Positions 48,398 through 61,699 of a stretch of 64,000 nucleotides of DNA are shown in pieces. The DNA lies in the NCBI RefSeq assembly GCF_006345805.1, contig NC_043005.1:31186001-31250000 (forward strand), in the 5' to 3' direction. How positions within the stretch are numbered: position 1 is the stretch's first letter; each line of letters opens with the position of its first letter. A program made the position numbers and the translations under genes. Below the pieces are notes generated by a model. The model worked only from the letters and a program-made list of their open reading frames with translations, was not told where the DNA came from and searched no databases. This DNA is from Octopus sinensis. Lineage: Eukaryota.

Positions 48398-48689
48398 TTA
48401 TTATTATTTATATATTTATGTAGCCAAGCCGACTGGGCTATTGCTGAGCTAATTGGTTAGGCGGAATTTTCTCCTTTTAGGGCGAATTTCTCATTGAAAA
48501 TTTTGAAGTTTTCATTTCCAACTTGGAAATTTTTACATAGATGCCTTTAAAGAGAACTGTATGCCGTTCCCTTCTTTGCACATCACACCCTATGCAGTCG
48601 AAAGACAACACAATTGTAAACTTGCGTCAAATGTAAACTTGCTCCTCCCAATCCGCGCCTTAAAAGGCAAAGAAGAAAAGAAGAGAAAC

Positions 48690-48957
48690 AGCTGTTCCTA
48701 ATAACATTGTTTTCCGGAGCTGCACTAAACTGGGTTTAATGCATATTTCCTCCATCCATTTCTTTAGAGCTTGAGGTATAGTTCCCAATGCACCTTTAGG
48801 GATAGTTCCCAATGCACATTTTATCTGCATTTTCCATAGTATCTGTAATTCAATGGCTAGGTCCTGGTACTTTACTATTTTTGTATATCTCTCGTATTGA
48901 AGTTTTCATCATTTAGGACTGCAGAGTCATTTATCTGACACTTTCTCTTCTCTTTAT

Positions 48958-49032
<75 letters not shown>

Positions 49033-50185
49033 AATCAGGCCTTCAAGCTTCTGTTGCTATGTTAGTCTGAATGTTAAGTCCCACATCTTGTATTTCTTAC
49101 TTTCTAGTACTTTACTAGGTTCATGATCATACTATCTATTAATATGTTCAAATTCTAGCTTTCTACATAAATCCCAGTGGATTACTCTCCCTAGGTTGTC
49201 ATGTTTTTCTGTGTCAGCATGCTACATTCCTTTACTATCTGAGTAACGCTTTCTTCTTTTGACTTGCATAACCTAAATTGAGAATCTACTTGATTTTTGT
49301 CTGTCTTGGCTTTTATCCAATTAGTCCTTAATGATTGATCTGATTGATCTTCAGCAGTTACTAACAAACTTCCTGTCTCCATTTTCAGCTTTCATTTCTG
49401 CAACTACCTTTTGGAATCTACCATGCAACGACTTCTGCGAGTCAGATAGTTTCTGTTCCTTTTTCTGATTTTTAACTTCATTTGGGATTTTGGTTCCCCC
49501 ATGTGTTGATGTGACTCTAGCAGCTTTTAATAAATTTTCTTCACTATTACCTACATATGAATCTATATCTACTCTAGCTAACTCCACGCAGCCTTCTACT
49601 GATATTAACCCTCTTCCGCCTTTCTTTCCAGGTAAGTATAATCTTGCTACTCCTGCCATTGAGTGGTGTCTTCCATTCACATTGAATTCCTTCCTAGTTC
49701 TGTCTAGCTTTGTTAATTCAGTTTTTGTTCAATCTACAAAAGCTGCTGAGTATCTAAGTAATGATACTGCCGAAGGATTTACAGCCTTCACTAGATTCTG
49801 ACCATTTAGCTTTAACTTCATTAGCTTCCTCGTAGTACTCCTTCTCAATTTCCATTTTCATTTCTATAGTTAGTACTCTGTCAGATTCTAACACTCCTAG
49901 ATACTTATAACTCTCTCCTCCTTTCAATGATTTTAATGCCTGGTCATCTGGTTATTGGATGCCCTCGCTGTTGACTATCTGTCTGCTTCTCATGACTAAT
50001 ATTGCACACTGATTTATGCCAACTTCCATGCGTATATCTTTGCTGAAGGGTCTTACAGTCTGTATTAAGGAATCTATCTTTTTTTCATTCTTACTAAAAA
50101 GTTTCAGATCATCCATGTACATTAACCATTTCCTTTACTATTTCTGAACTGATACCCTGTCTTTGCCTTCCTTAATATTAAAGGA
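48690..50185 (-). mobile_element. R4/Dong element, same family as 9900-12010
   Basis: YMDDLK, YKYLGVLE, GVARLYLPGKKGGRGL, LRTNWIKAK, RPDL(V)n DKEK. Confidence 0.9.
48958..49026 (-). repeat. About 23 GTA units in frame (poly-Val) right after the RLE PD motif
   Basis: Minus frame RPDLVV...VDKEKRK. Confidence 0.9.
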
Positions 50186-51837
50186 GGTAAATAACAAGAA
50201 CTAAGTCATTTTGCCCCATACCCTAACATTTTTCCATCCCCAGAAATTGTCAACTGAAGCACAACTCGGTAGTTTTAATTGACCCAGTTCATAAGTCTAG
50301 TTTCCTTCAGTATAACTGAACACTGAATCCATAACTAACACCTACATTTTGTACACATTGATAATATCCATATACTCGGAAATTGCCTTGAAGATCATGT
50401 TTACTTATAGTTGTTCAGCTCCGGTCAGCTTTCATGAAATATACCGAAGATGAAAAGCGTTCAAGCTATGCCCATGGCAGATTTTCGTGTTTCTATTACT
50501 ATGCTTTCCAAAACATTTTTTAACACGTTAAGGTGTGACTTCAAGACTGCTATTTCTAATAGAGGTGCTGTCGTGGATTTTGGGTTGGTATTGGCCGTGT
50601 CTTGATTGGAAATGATTCATTGAATCAGCTCATTTCAAACTAAGTTTTCTGTTGTGTTGAGCATATCTCTGACTTTGACTCATTTCAACCTGAGCATAGG
50701 TAAGTTAGAAGAACATTGGACAACATTCTTTAATATTTTTACACTACTACATCGTGAACTATAAATACTATTAAAGGATATGCTTAATCTATTTTATTCC
50801 AGTATTTTTGATCAATTAATTTACATAAGAATATTGAGGTCCAACAGTGTATCAGTCAATCTGAATTCTCCAAAATTTGACAAATATCATGAGTTGTCAT
50901 TATGTCTTGACAAAGGAGATAAATGCAAATATTCCCATGTTCAGTTTCCTTCTACGTTTTTCTTACTCTCAATATGCTCTTTTGCTCTCTCAGTTTCGCT
51001 TCCTTATATTTCCTCCCTTCACTTCTGTTCCCCGTTCTTTTCTCTGACGTCTCTTTCGCTGAGATTAAAATACCGAATGAAGAAATGCGGCAATCATAAC
51101 CGCTGTTGTTAACTATCAAACTTGAACAAGTTAATACAGACTTGCGTACTTAGAATTTAATAGAATTGCTCTTTATATAGTTCTCATATGAATGCATACA
51201 ATTTGAAATTTCATTGACTAAGTGCAGAAATGGAAATGTTACTACTTACTATATAATGGTTCGCTTAAACCCAGTCTATATGTTTGTTATGTTAGTAATT
51301 AGCCTGATCTGAAAAATACACACAAAAGAAAACTATTTAAAAATTTGCCAGTATTTTCGTTGAATCTAGCAATTACAACATAAAATAATCGATAGAAATG
51401 CGTTTATTGCAAAAATGGAGAAAAACTTTTAACTTATTCATAACAAACTGGAGTACTGGAGTAAACGAATGGGAAAACTACACAGCGCTTCTTTACAAAT
51501 TAACTATTTTTCTCTTAAGTTCTCAGGTTGTTAGCATTGCTTTGTAAATAAATGCATACACATACACAGACACACACAGACACACAATGTGGAGACAATA
51601 TGCATACATAAATACATACATATATACAACTATATGCACGAGAATACATATATAAAACAAAACATACAAATCTGCACATACGCATACATACGAAAATTCT
51701 CTGTTGATGTTAAAATTTCAATGAAGGAGCCTTGGATCTAGATTAGAAACTGGCTCACTCTCTGTTATATCCTTATGCCTCCAATTTCGTAGTACGCTTG
51801 ATATTGTCGACGATAGATTAAGAATACATTGTAACAG

Positions 51838-52063
51838 TGTTATAAACAATACAAAATAGAAACAGCGGCAGTAACAAATACGTAAAGAACCAACAATCTT
51901 TACGAACCAACAATCAATATTTCTAACACACTAATTCGAACTGTAAACTGTACCTGGACTTCGAAGTCCAAACTACGAATCGCCGTCTACGTCAGACCGC
52001 TACTATTTATATGTAGGGGTCCCGTCTATTCTCGTCTGAGGCTGTCGTACTCTCACCACAACA
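51838..52063 (-). mobile_element. 3' LTR of a gypsy element
   Basis: TGTTG...TAACA termini, internal TATAAATA, and preceded by a PPT. Confidence 0.7.
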
Positions 52064-52074
52064 TCTCCCTTTTT
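52064..52074 (-). other. Polypurine tract
   Basis: AAAAAGGGAGA immediately 5' of the LTR TG. Confidence 0.75.
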
Positions 52075-52509
52075 GAGATTTCGATTTCCGAAGGAATAAA
52101 AAAATTATTCATTTTTTTAGTATGTTTTTCCCTTGGGCCTTATCTCAAGTTGTTCGGTCGGCTTCCGTTTTGCCATGCTGATTCTATGGGGCTCCATTAC
52201 TTTCGGTGTTGGGACATCGAATACATATAAAATACTTCCATATGAATTTCTCTCTGTTCTTCGGTATGGTTCTTCTTTAGCTGATCTAAGAGTCTCTTAT
52301 TGCTCCCAGCGTGGTACTTTAACTTGATACAGTCCGTGGTCCTATAACTTCCTATCTTTTTGGTTACAAGTCCATCCCACTAGCCTTCTTTATCATTTCT
52401 GTCGGTTTTAAAATGCACTTTATCTCCTACTTTGAAATATTTCGTTGCATCTTTCATATTTCCTTTACCTCTTTTTTTTTCTCTGGCAGTTTAAGAATTT
52501 TTCTAGTGC

Positions 52510-53013
52510 TTACTCGTTACTTAATTCGCTCCTAGCTTTTCTTAACGCTCTTTTGAATGTGCCCACGAATTTTTCAACCTGCCCATTTGATCTCGGGTGG
52601 TAAGGTGGAGTGAAAATATACTTTATCGCATGCGTTTTGCAGAAGTTCTTGAATCCATACCCCGAGAATTGCGTTCCATTATCAGAAACTAATGTGTCTG
52701 GAACACCGCATTGCGCAAATAATTCATATAGGAGCTTTATAGTTGTCTTGGCGGTTGGTTTATTGCACCTGTATATCTCTGGCCACTTTGTACAGCTGTC
52801 TACTACGATTAGATTGTAAGCACCATTCACCGGTCTGGCACAGTCGATATGAAACCTAGACCATGGGTTCTTAGTTTCCGGCCATGATTGATATTTTATC
52901 GATGGGGCTTTGGCCGCGAGCGCGCAACCTCGACAAGGTCTCACCAAATTTTCGATATCCTGGTCCATAGTCAGCCAATAGACGTAACTCTTCATCAAAG
53001 CTTTTATCGTCAA
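52510..53013 (-). pseudogene. pol: Gypsy integrase fragment
   Basis: CRGC zinc-binding Cys pair. PWSRFHID...VVDSCTKWPE...LVSDNGTQF...PPYHPRSNGQVE (D,D35E). Confidence 0.92.
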
Positions 53014-53039
53014 CGTTCCTGGGTGTCCGCTGTAGAATC

Positions 53040-53553
53040 ACCACTCTATGTCTTTCTGTTCCTCTCTCTCCCTTTATCACTTTATTCTATACTTTTGAAG
53101 ATTACTTGTTGACATCGTAAAATTTTTCAGTCGAAATCACACTTTCACAGACCAATTCAAACAGTAAACTAGTTTTTTCTTTAGATTCAGATTAACTTAA
53201 AACGCTTCTCCTTCCTTGCTTAAAGCTTAAATTCATAAAGCATACACTTTTATTCATTCATAGTGATATGAAAGTCAGCTATCTGAAACACTCTGACTTC
53301 TACAGTATTGAACCTATTGTTTAAAGCACATGTATTTCCCCTCCCTCTGTCCCTCTGTCTTTTTATCACCACTCTCTCTATCTCTCTCTCTATGTCACTT
53401 TCTTCACTACTTTTGAAGATTACTTCTTGACATCGTAAAAGTCTTCAGCTGAAATCATACTTTCACAGCCGAATTCAAACAGCAAGCTAGTTTTTCGTTA
53501 GATTCAGATTAACGCTTCTTGTTCCTTCTTTCGCTAAATCTTAAATTTACAAG
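53040..53553. repeat. Diverged direct repeat of about 190 bp, period about 330 bp
   Basis: TACTTTTGAAGATTACTT.TTGACATCGTAAAA...TTAGATTCAGATTAAC occurs twice. Confidence 0.8.
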
Positions 53554-53994
53554 GGGGCAGTGAGGAACGTTGCAGTAGGCACCTTCTCTCGGCGGTGATG
53601 CAGCCGCCCTTACCACCCCCTCTTCCATCTTCCCTGATGTCCAATATCTATCTACTTCACTGCAGTGTTTACAACCACTCCTAAGCAGTCATGCTCTCCC
53701 TATCAATATGAATGCATTATACTGACCTGTGTTAAATAGCTTTCCCCCCCACCTAGTTGATCTTGGTTTTCTTTTCCTTTTATCTAGTTTCTCTGCCTCT
53801 CTCTATAAATATATATCTTCTACTAGCTTTGTTTTTTATTTCATTTTTATTTTATTTTATATCTTTTATTTATTTATTTTATTTATTTATTTATTTTATT
53901 CATTTATTTTATTTTAAAAACATATCTTCTAATATTTTTTACTTATTTATATCAATTCTGTTCTTTTATTTAGTTTTTTCCTTTCTGTCAATGC

Positions 53995-56900
53995 CTGGGT
54001 ATGTGAGGGGAGTTGAGCGCCCATCACTTATAAAATGCCCCCAATGGCCTGCGCAAGGCATGTTCTCTGACTGTTAAGCCTGACGCCTTCGTCAAACGAA
54101 CAGAAGAGTGGAAAAAGTCATGTATTAGGTGCCTTCAAATAACCAGTGCTCCGGGTAGGCTGTACTGGTTAGCCTTGGTTGGCAAGCAGCCTGGGAGAAG
54201 GAATACTCTGAGTTCAAAACCAGGGGAGCAAGGCGCTTGCCGCCTTGGTAGATTACCTTGATAGAGATGATGTCTCGATAAAAATATCGGTTGGCAGTAA
54301 CCTAAAGACACACCTCATTTGTGAGTGTAAATGCCAAGCAAAATAGATGACAATAACGGTGTGAACGGGACTGGAACCAATGGTGAAGGTGTTGCACTCA
54401 GCAGGTGCCCCACTGTGCAGCAGGGTGGGTCTGGTCGTAATCCAGCAACTGCTAGCCATGCTACAAGACATAAGTGAAGTAAACAATTCAGCATAATGGT
54501 TATGGAGTGTTACTACGGGAGCACACCAGCGTATGCGAATGGCGTGCCTGTCAGAGGGTACAAAAAACGAATGCACAGTGAATGGACGGCAATGGAACTG
54601 TTCGAAAGTACCGAACAGAGATTATATGACCAAGCAAGAGCAATACGAAAGAATGGATGTTTTACAGAATTGGAGCTAGAAGCTATTAAAAACGGTTATC
54701 GGGTGATGCTGGGCATGCGGGAAACGAAAGTGGTATAGTGGAAGAGATGGACAATTGTTCGTAAGAATATAATACCGAGAATTGTGAAAGAATTGATTTC
54801 AGCGAGTACTCAAAGAATGAAGGTCGATTAATAAAAGACAGAATTTTTTATCTATTAAATGCAGTAGGGACAGAATTTGAGAGCGACATTAAGAAGGCTA
54901 ACCAATGGAGACTAAATCAAGAGACGAGTAAAGTTAATAGTGTACTGAGACACATTAAAACAAAGAACATCACACAGACATAATATGATTAAGCTGCTAG
55001 TAGGATTGTGGCGGAAAGGACGGGATTGAGAACAGCGTCAAATAGAAAAGGAGAATTGAAAAGGAGAATTTTTGAAGATATAAACTCCTTGAACAGTGTA
55101 GTGACAATACTTTTCAGGAACAGAAATGGAGAATTGAATGAATGAAAATTCGAAAAAGTTAGGAAGAAATATGGTGTAGATACAAAAGGCCTGAGTGTTG
55201 TAACTGAGGAACTGAAACAGTGCATACATGCAAAAAAAAAAGAAAGAAAAAGAAAAAAAGCAAAGCTAACTAGGTTTAAACAACGGATTAAGCAATACCA
55301 GCAAAACAAATTGTTTAAAACCGACGAAAGAAGATTTTACCAAAAGATTAGTGAAAGATTGGTCCCTGATGCTGATGAAAGTCGACTTTTCTGGGGCAAG
55401 ATATGGAGTAAGCAAGAACAACATAATACTACAGCTGAATGGTTGTGCAGCCTGAAGCCAACAGCTTCTTATCCCCAGCAGTATAAGGGATTTGGGATAA
55501 AAAAGTTCAGTAGTTGCCATAAATTGATCGCAGAGCAATTTAATGCATTGATTAATGAAGATGAAGAAATCCCGGACTGATTGACAAAAGGATGAACGGT
55601 GTTGTGCCTGAAGGATGCATCAAAGGGAAATGTTGCTGACAATTACAGACCAATTTCCTGTCTCCCATTAATGTGGAAGTTACTGCCAGGAAGAATTGCA
55701 GAATAATTGTATAAATTTCTTGATGAGAACGATTTATTACTGCTGGAACAAAAAGGCTGTAGAAGGAGATGCAGTGGTACCAAAGTTCAACTTGTGATAA
55801 ACAAAATGGTAATGCAAGATTGTAAACGAAGGAGAACAAATCTGGAAATGACCTGGAATGACTATCGCAAAGCTTATCTGATTCCACATTCGTGGATCAT
55901 CGAGTGTTTAGATCTGTTTGGAATTGCGAGGAATGTAATATGTTTCCTGAAGAGAAATATGGTGGGATGCAAAACTAAACCGACATCTTGTGGAAAAGCT
56001 TAGCCACCATGGGTATCACAAGAGGCCTTTTCCAAGGTGATAGCCTATCTCCATTGCTTCTTGTTCTCTGCATGATACTCCTGATCTTGGTACTCAGGAA
56101 AATGAACATGGGGTAACAACTAAAGGAAAAATCCCAATCAATCAACCACCTCCTCTTCATCGATGAGTTGAAACTGTATGACAAAGACGAGACACAAATT
56201 AGTTCCTTGGTGAACACGGTCCACTGTTTTAGTACTGATATTAAAATAGAATTTGGACTCAAGAAGTGCGGAATAATCTACCTAAAAAGAGGCAAAGTAC
56301 AATCTCTAGCAGGCATAGAATTACCGAATAGGGACTCGATAAAGCAAATTGAAACGGAAGGATACAAATACCTTGGTGTACTAGATCCAACGAAATAATG
56401 GAAAAGGAAATGAAAGACAACTGAGGATGGAGTAGTTTCGAAGACTAAGGTAAGGTTGGTGTTGCACTCAAAATTGACTGGATGGAATAAAGTCCAAGTA
56501 GTTAATACGTGGGCGATAGTATCCCTTCGGTATAGAGCGGAATTATAAAACGGCAGAAGAGAGAAAAGAAGAAAATGGATACCATGCCCAGAAATATGTT
56601 GACAGTACGCGGAGCATTCCACCGACAAGCTGTAATTTTGACACCGATAGGCTGTACTTGTCCAGAAGAAAGAGTGGGAGAGGTTTAATCAGTGGCCAGG
56701 ACTGTATCGAAACAGAGGAAAACAGCCGTTGAACCACTGTTCAAACACACAAAGACTGGCGTCATCAACACTGAAAATTGTGTAACTAAAGAAAAATTTA
56801 AATAGGAAATAAACAAAAAAGTAGGAAAAGCATGGAAAGAAAAGAAAATGTACGGTCAGTTTGCAAGAGATGTGAACGCCAAGACAGATACAGAGGATGA

Positions 56901-57610
56901 GGAGGAGTGACCTGACGATAGAGACAGAAGCACTCATATGTGCAGCTCAGGAACAAATGTTAAGATCAATTATATGAAGTGCAGAATAGACACTACCGAT
57001 AGCAACAAATGCAGAATGTGTGGTAGAATGGTGAAACAGTGTGGCACATAGTTTGCGAATGCCCGAAATTAGCACAATGCGAATACAAAAGACGCCATGA
57101 CATTGTGGCAAGATTGATCCATTGGGAGCTCTGTGGGAATAACGACCGGCAAAGTAAAGACGTAATGTGAGCAAACTTCAGAAGGATTCGCTGAAAATGA
57201 GAATTGCAAAATCCTGTGGGATGCAATGATCCAGTGCGATCATCCGACCAGACATCGGAAACCGGACATGGTTGTGCTGAATAAAAAAGAAATAATATGT
57301 ATGATAATCGACCAAGCATGCCCAGGTGACAACATGATCAATGTGAAAGAAAAAGATAAAATAAACAACTATGACGATTTGAAGTGGGAAATACAAAGCA
57401 ACCTTCGTATTTCACTGAATCAGTAGACGTAGTATCAATAGTAATTGATGCACTTTGAAGTATCAGCACTCAATTACCAGCATGGCTGAAAAAGATTGGT
57501 GCAAGTATGAAGGTAGAACACCTACACAATTCAATATTGTTTGGAACTGCAAGAATTCTTCGCAGGGTTCTAGAAGCATGATCAGTAAACAAGTGTCACC
57601 TTACTCTACT
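53995..57610 (+). mobile_element. Near-full-length decayed R4/Dong element with probable 5' UTR
   Basis: VMECYY...[60 protein letters not shown]...ECPKLAQCEYKRRHD. RKPDMVV. Confidence 0.9.
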
Positions 57611-57634
57611 GAGACTTTCCATCATACCCAACAG

Positions 57635-58275
57635 CCGCATCTGCGACAGAGTGGATAAAACCATTGCCCATACCACGAACGAATGCCCTAGACTTAACCA
57701 AAACCACTTCAAGTTGTAGCGACACGACCAGGTATCAAAAGTACTACATTGGAAAGTCTGCGAAAAGTGAGGTCTAGAGAGAGTCAAGACGTTGTATGAG
57801 CACAAATCGCAGATAGCGGCAGAGTCGGAGACTAGGAAATTCCTCTGAGATTTCACAATCCAAACAGATCAGGTGTTAGATCATAACAGACCGGACCTAG
57901 TGGTTGTGGACAAGGTGCACTACATATGTTATATAGTTGACTTTGCATGCCACTTTGACCCACGAATAGTCAAGAAGGAAGGCGAAAAGATAGATAGACA
58001 CAACGAAATAGCCCGGCTGTGGTAAATGAAGAAGGTGAAGATAGTGCCAATTATTGTTGCGTCCTTGGGAACAGTATGAGTAGGTATCAAGAGGAATATA
58101 AAGGAAATTGGAATAGAGTACCCAGTAGAACTGTTACAAAAGATTTGCCTCCTGTGCACGACCAGAATAATCAGGAAAGTATTAGATAGCTGAAAATAAC
58201 GAATAGCATAGTACCGTAGGCTGCAGGTAGTAAGACTACAGGAGCTCCAACAAAACCCGTGGTAAAGAGAAAATG
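57635..58275 (+). mobile_element. R4/Dong C-terminal fragment of another family, ending at (TAA)n
   Basis: RHDQVSKVLHWKVC...NRPDLVVVDK...VPIIVASLG...RIIRKVLDS*. Confidence 0.85.
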
Positions 58276-58287
58276 ATAATAATAATG

Positions 58288-58354
<67 letters not shown>

Positions 58355-58424
58355 AACTTGGATTAAAAAGTGTGGCATACTTCTAATACAAAATGGTAAA
58401 ATAATAATAATAATGATGATGATG

Positions 58425-58499
<75 letters not shown>

Positions 58500-58516
58500 T
58501 ATAATAATAATAATAA

Positions 58517-58548
<32 letters not shown>

Positions 58549-58549
58549 G

Positions 58550-58602
<53 letters not shown>

Positions 58603-58611
58603 TAATAATAA
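58276..58611. repeat. Interrupted (TAA)n array containing a 51-bp R4 snippet
   Basis: Directly visible. 58352-58402 duplicates 58612-58662. Confidence 0.95.
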
Positions 58612-59100
58612 TGGAATTTGGATTAAAATGTGTGGCATACTTCTAATACAAAATGGTAAAATAGTGTCGTCGGGTGGTGTAGAGCTACCCAATGGCGAGA
58701 AAATCAAGGATATCGAAACTAATGGATATAGATATCTGGGGATTTTGAAATACGACATAATCAAGGAAAGTGAAATGAAAGAAAGCTTTAGGCGAAAATA
58801 TCTCAGAAGAACCAAATTAGTTATAGTAAGTAGGCCAAAGGAAAAGAAGATCAAGGTAATGAACACATGGGCTATTTCCTTAATGCAAAATGGCGCAGGT
58901 GTTGTTAGACAGACAAAGAACGAACTTGAGGGGATGGACAGGAAAATCAGAAAAGTTATGACAATTAACAAGCAACTACTCCCCCAAAACAATACTTTAC
59001 AAATTGCATGTGCCTAGGAACAGGGGTGGTGGAAGAGGCCTCATTGGATGCAAGATTTGTGTTGTCAACAAAAAGAACAGTCTGGGACGATATATCAAAG
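58612..59100 (+). mobile_element. R4/Dong late-RT/thumb fragment
   Basis: GIKMCGILLIQNGK...YRYLGIL...VMNTWAISL...LEGMDRKIRK. Confidence 0.85.
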
Positions 59101-59949
59101 AAAGGATACAGCACAAAGGCCAGTGGGGATTTACATGTAATGCATGTAAAGAGTAACAAACAAGTCCCCCAAAGGTGGTGGTGGGGGGCTCCACCTAACG
59201 CCAATCAAAGAACCCCACACATCCTGGACACACCAAACGCCAAGGGTACATCAGGCGGGTATCCCACTTCTCTCCATTCAGTCTGAATTGTAGCTTTGTT
59301 GTCACATTGGCGTCTCTGCTACACGGATCTGTCGAACGGTTTTCATCATCTCGTTTTTTTAGCGCACGCTCTCTAACTCTGATAAAGTGACTTTCGTGCT
59401 TGGCATTGCGAAATTGATCAAGAGTCAAATTTGCTATGCTTCAACTAAGTACTTCTTCTAGTTTCCAAACTATGAGTTCCTATATTCAAGATTCTTTTAA
59501 TGTTAATTCCCTGCTAAGCCTTAACGCATCTACTTTCATAGCTCCTTCCAAGCCAATCCACCATCGATTGTTGACGATTACACCCGACAACGTCTGATGG
59601 GCTAATTTGCTAAGCCGTCTCTGAACGCTTCCAGTTGTCTATGGATCCTAACTAGGTCGACTTTGAATTGATAGACACCAGATTATCCTCGCAATTCCGG
59701 CTGATTGTTCTTGATATATATATATATATATATATATAGCGACGTACGTACACTTTGGTCTCTTATATGAAAGTATACATTTTTGTAAATCTTGTACGAC
59801 TCTATTTCTGTCTATCAGCCCTTTCACGCTTATTCGTTCATTCCACTCTTCGTTCTTTCGTTCTCCCTCTCTCACATTTCTTTGCCTTCTCTGCTTACTC
59901 CTTTTCTCTCTACTTTTCACTTCACTGTGTCCGTCATTTTTTCTTGCCC

Positions 59950-60485
59950 CCGCCACCTTAATTCTTCTGTCCCTCTGCTTCTACTTCTCTCTCTTCTCTT
60001 CCCACGTGACAGCCGTTTGGCCAAGCCTGTTCTTCCTTTCTTGGTCTGACCGTTGTCCGTGAAACATCGATATTCTTCCCAGTATCACTTTTGTATCACT
60101 GTTGTAACGCTTCATTTCCACACGCGCCAGCTTAATTCAGTTCGTCTTTTGTCGCAAGACACCTGTTGTTATGTCCTGTTATTATTTTTGTTGTATTTAT
60201 ATTCGTGTAACATTGTCCGTTTTTCGTCCTTGTTTTTGTATGCATTCGCTGCTTTCTTCCAAGGAATCTAATGCTCTTAGCTTAGTTTTTCCTTGGGGCT
60301 GGCCAGATTGGAGCAATCTCAAGAATAATCAGCCGAAATTGTGAGGATAATCTGGTCCTTGACTGAGGAAAGAAAACTTCGAATGACCCGTCCTTGTTTT
60401 CTTTGTATCGTCTATCTGGATGTTTTGTTGTCCCTTTTTGTATCACCTAGCTGTCCGGATGTTTTGCGTTCTTGTCCCATTTTGC
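59950..60485 (+). repeat. Non-coding dispersed repeat; end matches 22800-22915 and is related to 17.8-18.7 kb
   Basis: AGCCGAAATTG.GAGGAT...TTGACTGA...CTTCGAAT.ACCCGTCC...GTTTTGCGTTCTTGTCCCATTTTG is shared. Confidence 0.55.
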
Positions 60486-60565
<80 letters not shown>

Positions 60566-60787
60566 TGTATGTATGTATGAATGTATATATACACAGTGAA
60601 GTTTAATTGGCAACAAAATGCTACTGTTGTTAAGTTAATATATAAGTTAATTAGAGGATATGTTAACCCCTTAAAGGGATGACTACATCCAAAAATACTC
60701 TGATTATCAATTTATTAAAAAATAATTATTAACCATTATCACTCCATTTTATTTTCTTAATTGTATATGGATTATGTAAATATGCAC

Positions 60788-60842
<55 letters not shown>

Positions 60843-60845
<3 letters not shown>

Positions 60846-61046
60846 CTATGTATGTGTGTCTGTGTTTGTCTCCCTATCATCGCTTGACAACCAGTGTTGG
60901 TATGTTTACGCCCCTGTAACTTAGATGTTCGGCAAAAGAGGCCTATAGAATAGATATTAGACTTAAAGAAGAAATAAGTCCTGGGGGCGATGTGTTCGAC
61001 TAAAACCCTTCAAGGCAGTGTCCCAGCATGACTGAAACAAGTAAAA
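60843..61046 (+). mobile_element. SINE family 2, 3' half
   Basis: Same diagnostic sequence as 37351-37553. Confidence 0.8.
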
Positions 61047-61699
61047 GATAAAAGAAAGATATATTCAGTTTTTCAGGAAGTTTATTTGCTTGTAACCCTT
61101 TAGATCATTTATTCAAGATCGCTTTGAGTTCAGAGACAAATTATTGATTTGTTATAAAAAGCGATGCTACTTTTCATAAAGAATAATTCTCTGTAACATT
61201 TTGAGATTCTCTTGTCTTAAACACGTGGACTAAGTTTATATGTTGAAAACAATATTCAATTTCTTTTTCTTCATTTCTGTATTTATGTTGTCAAGCACAT
61301 GAATAAAATTTTAGAAAGACCTCGGTAATTTTAGTTTTGGCTTCAGTTTTTTCTACATGTAATATCAAAAGATATTCCTCTCAACATAATTTAATAATTT
61401 ATGCTTTTTGTTTTGTTTTGTTGGTAGTCTTTACCCTCAAATCACGTTTGATCGAAAAGATTTATGATCAAAGATGTTCTAGATGTGCTAGTTTCCTATT
61501 TCCGGAAATATCTGCAACTCCATTATCTAAAAATATATTCTTTTGTACATTAAGGTGGGATATGATATCAGGAGATTTTACTTCTGTTGAGCGATGAGGG
61601 AGAAGGTTCTGAAGTACTTGCTGACCTTTGAGGTTTACTTAGGACTAACATACATTTTTTCTCTAACTTTCTGTACTATAAGTAATTTAATTTATGTCT

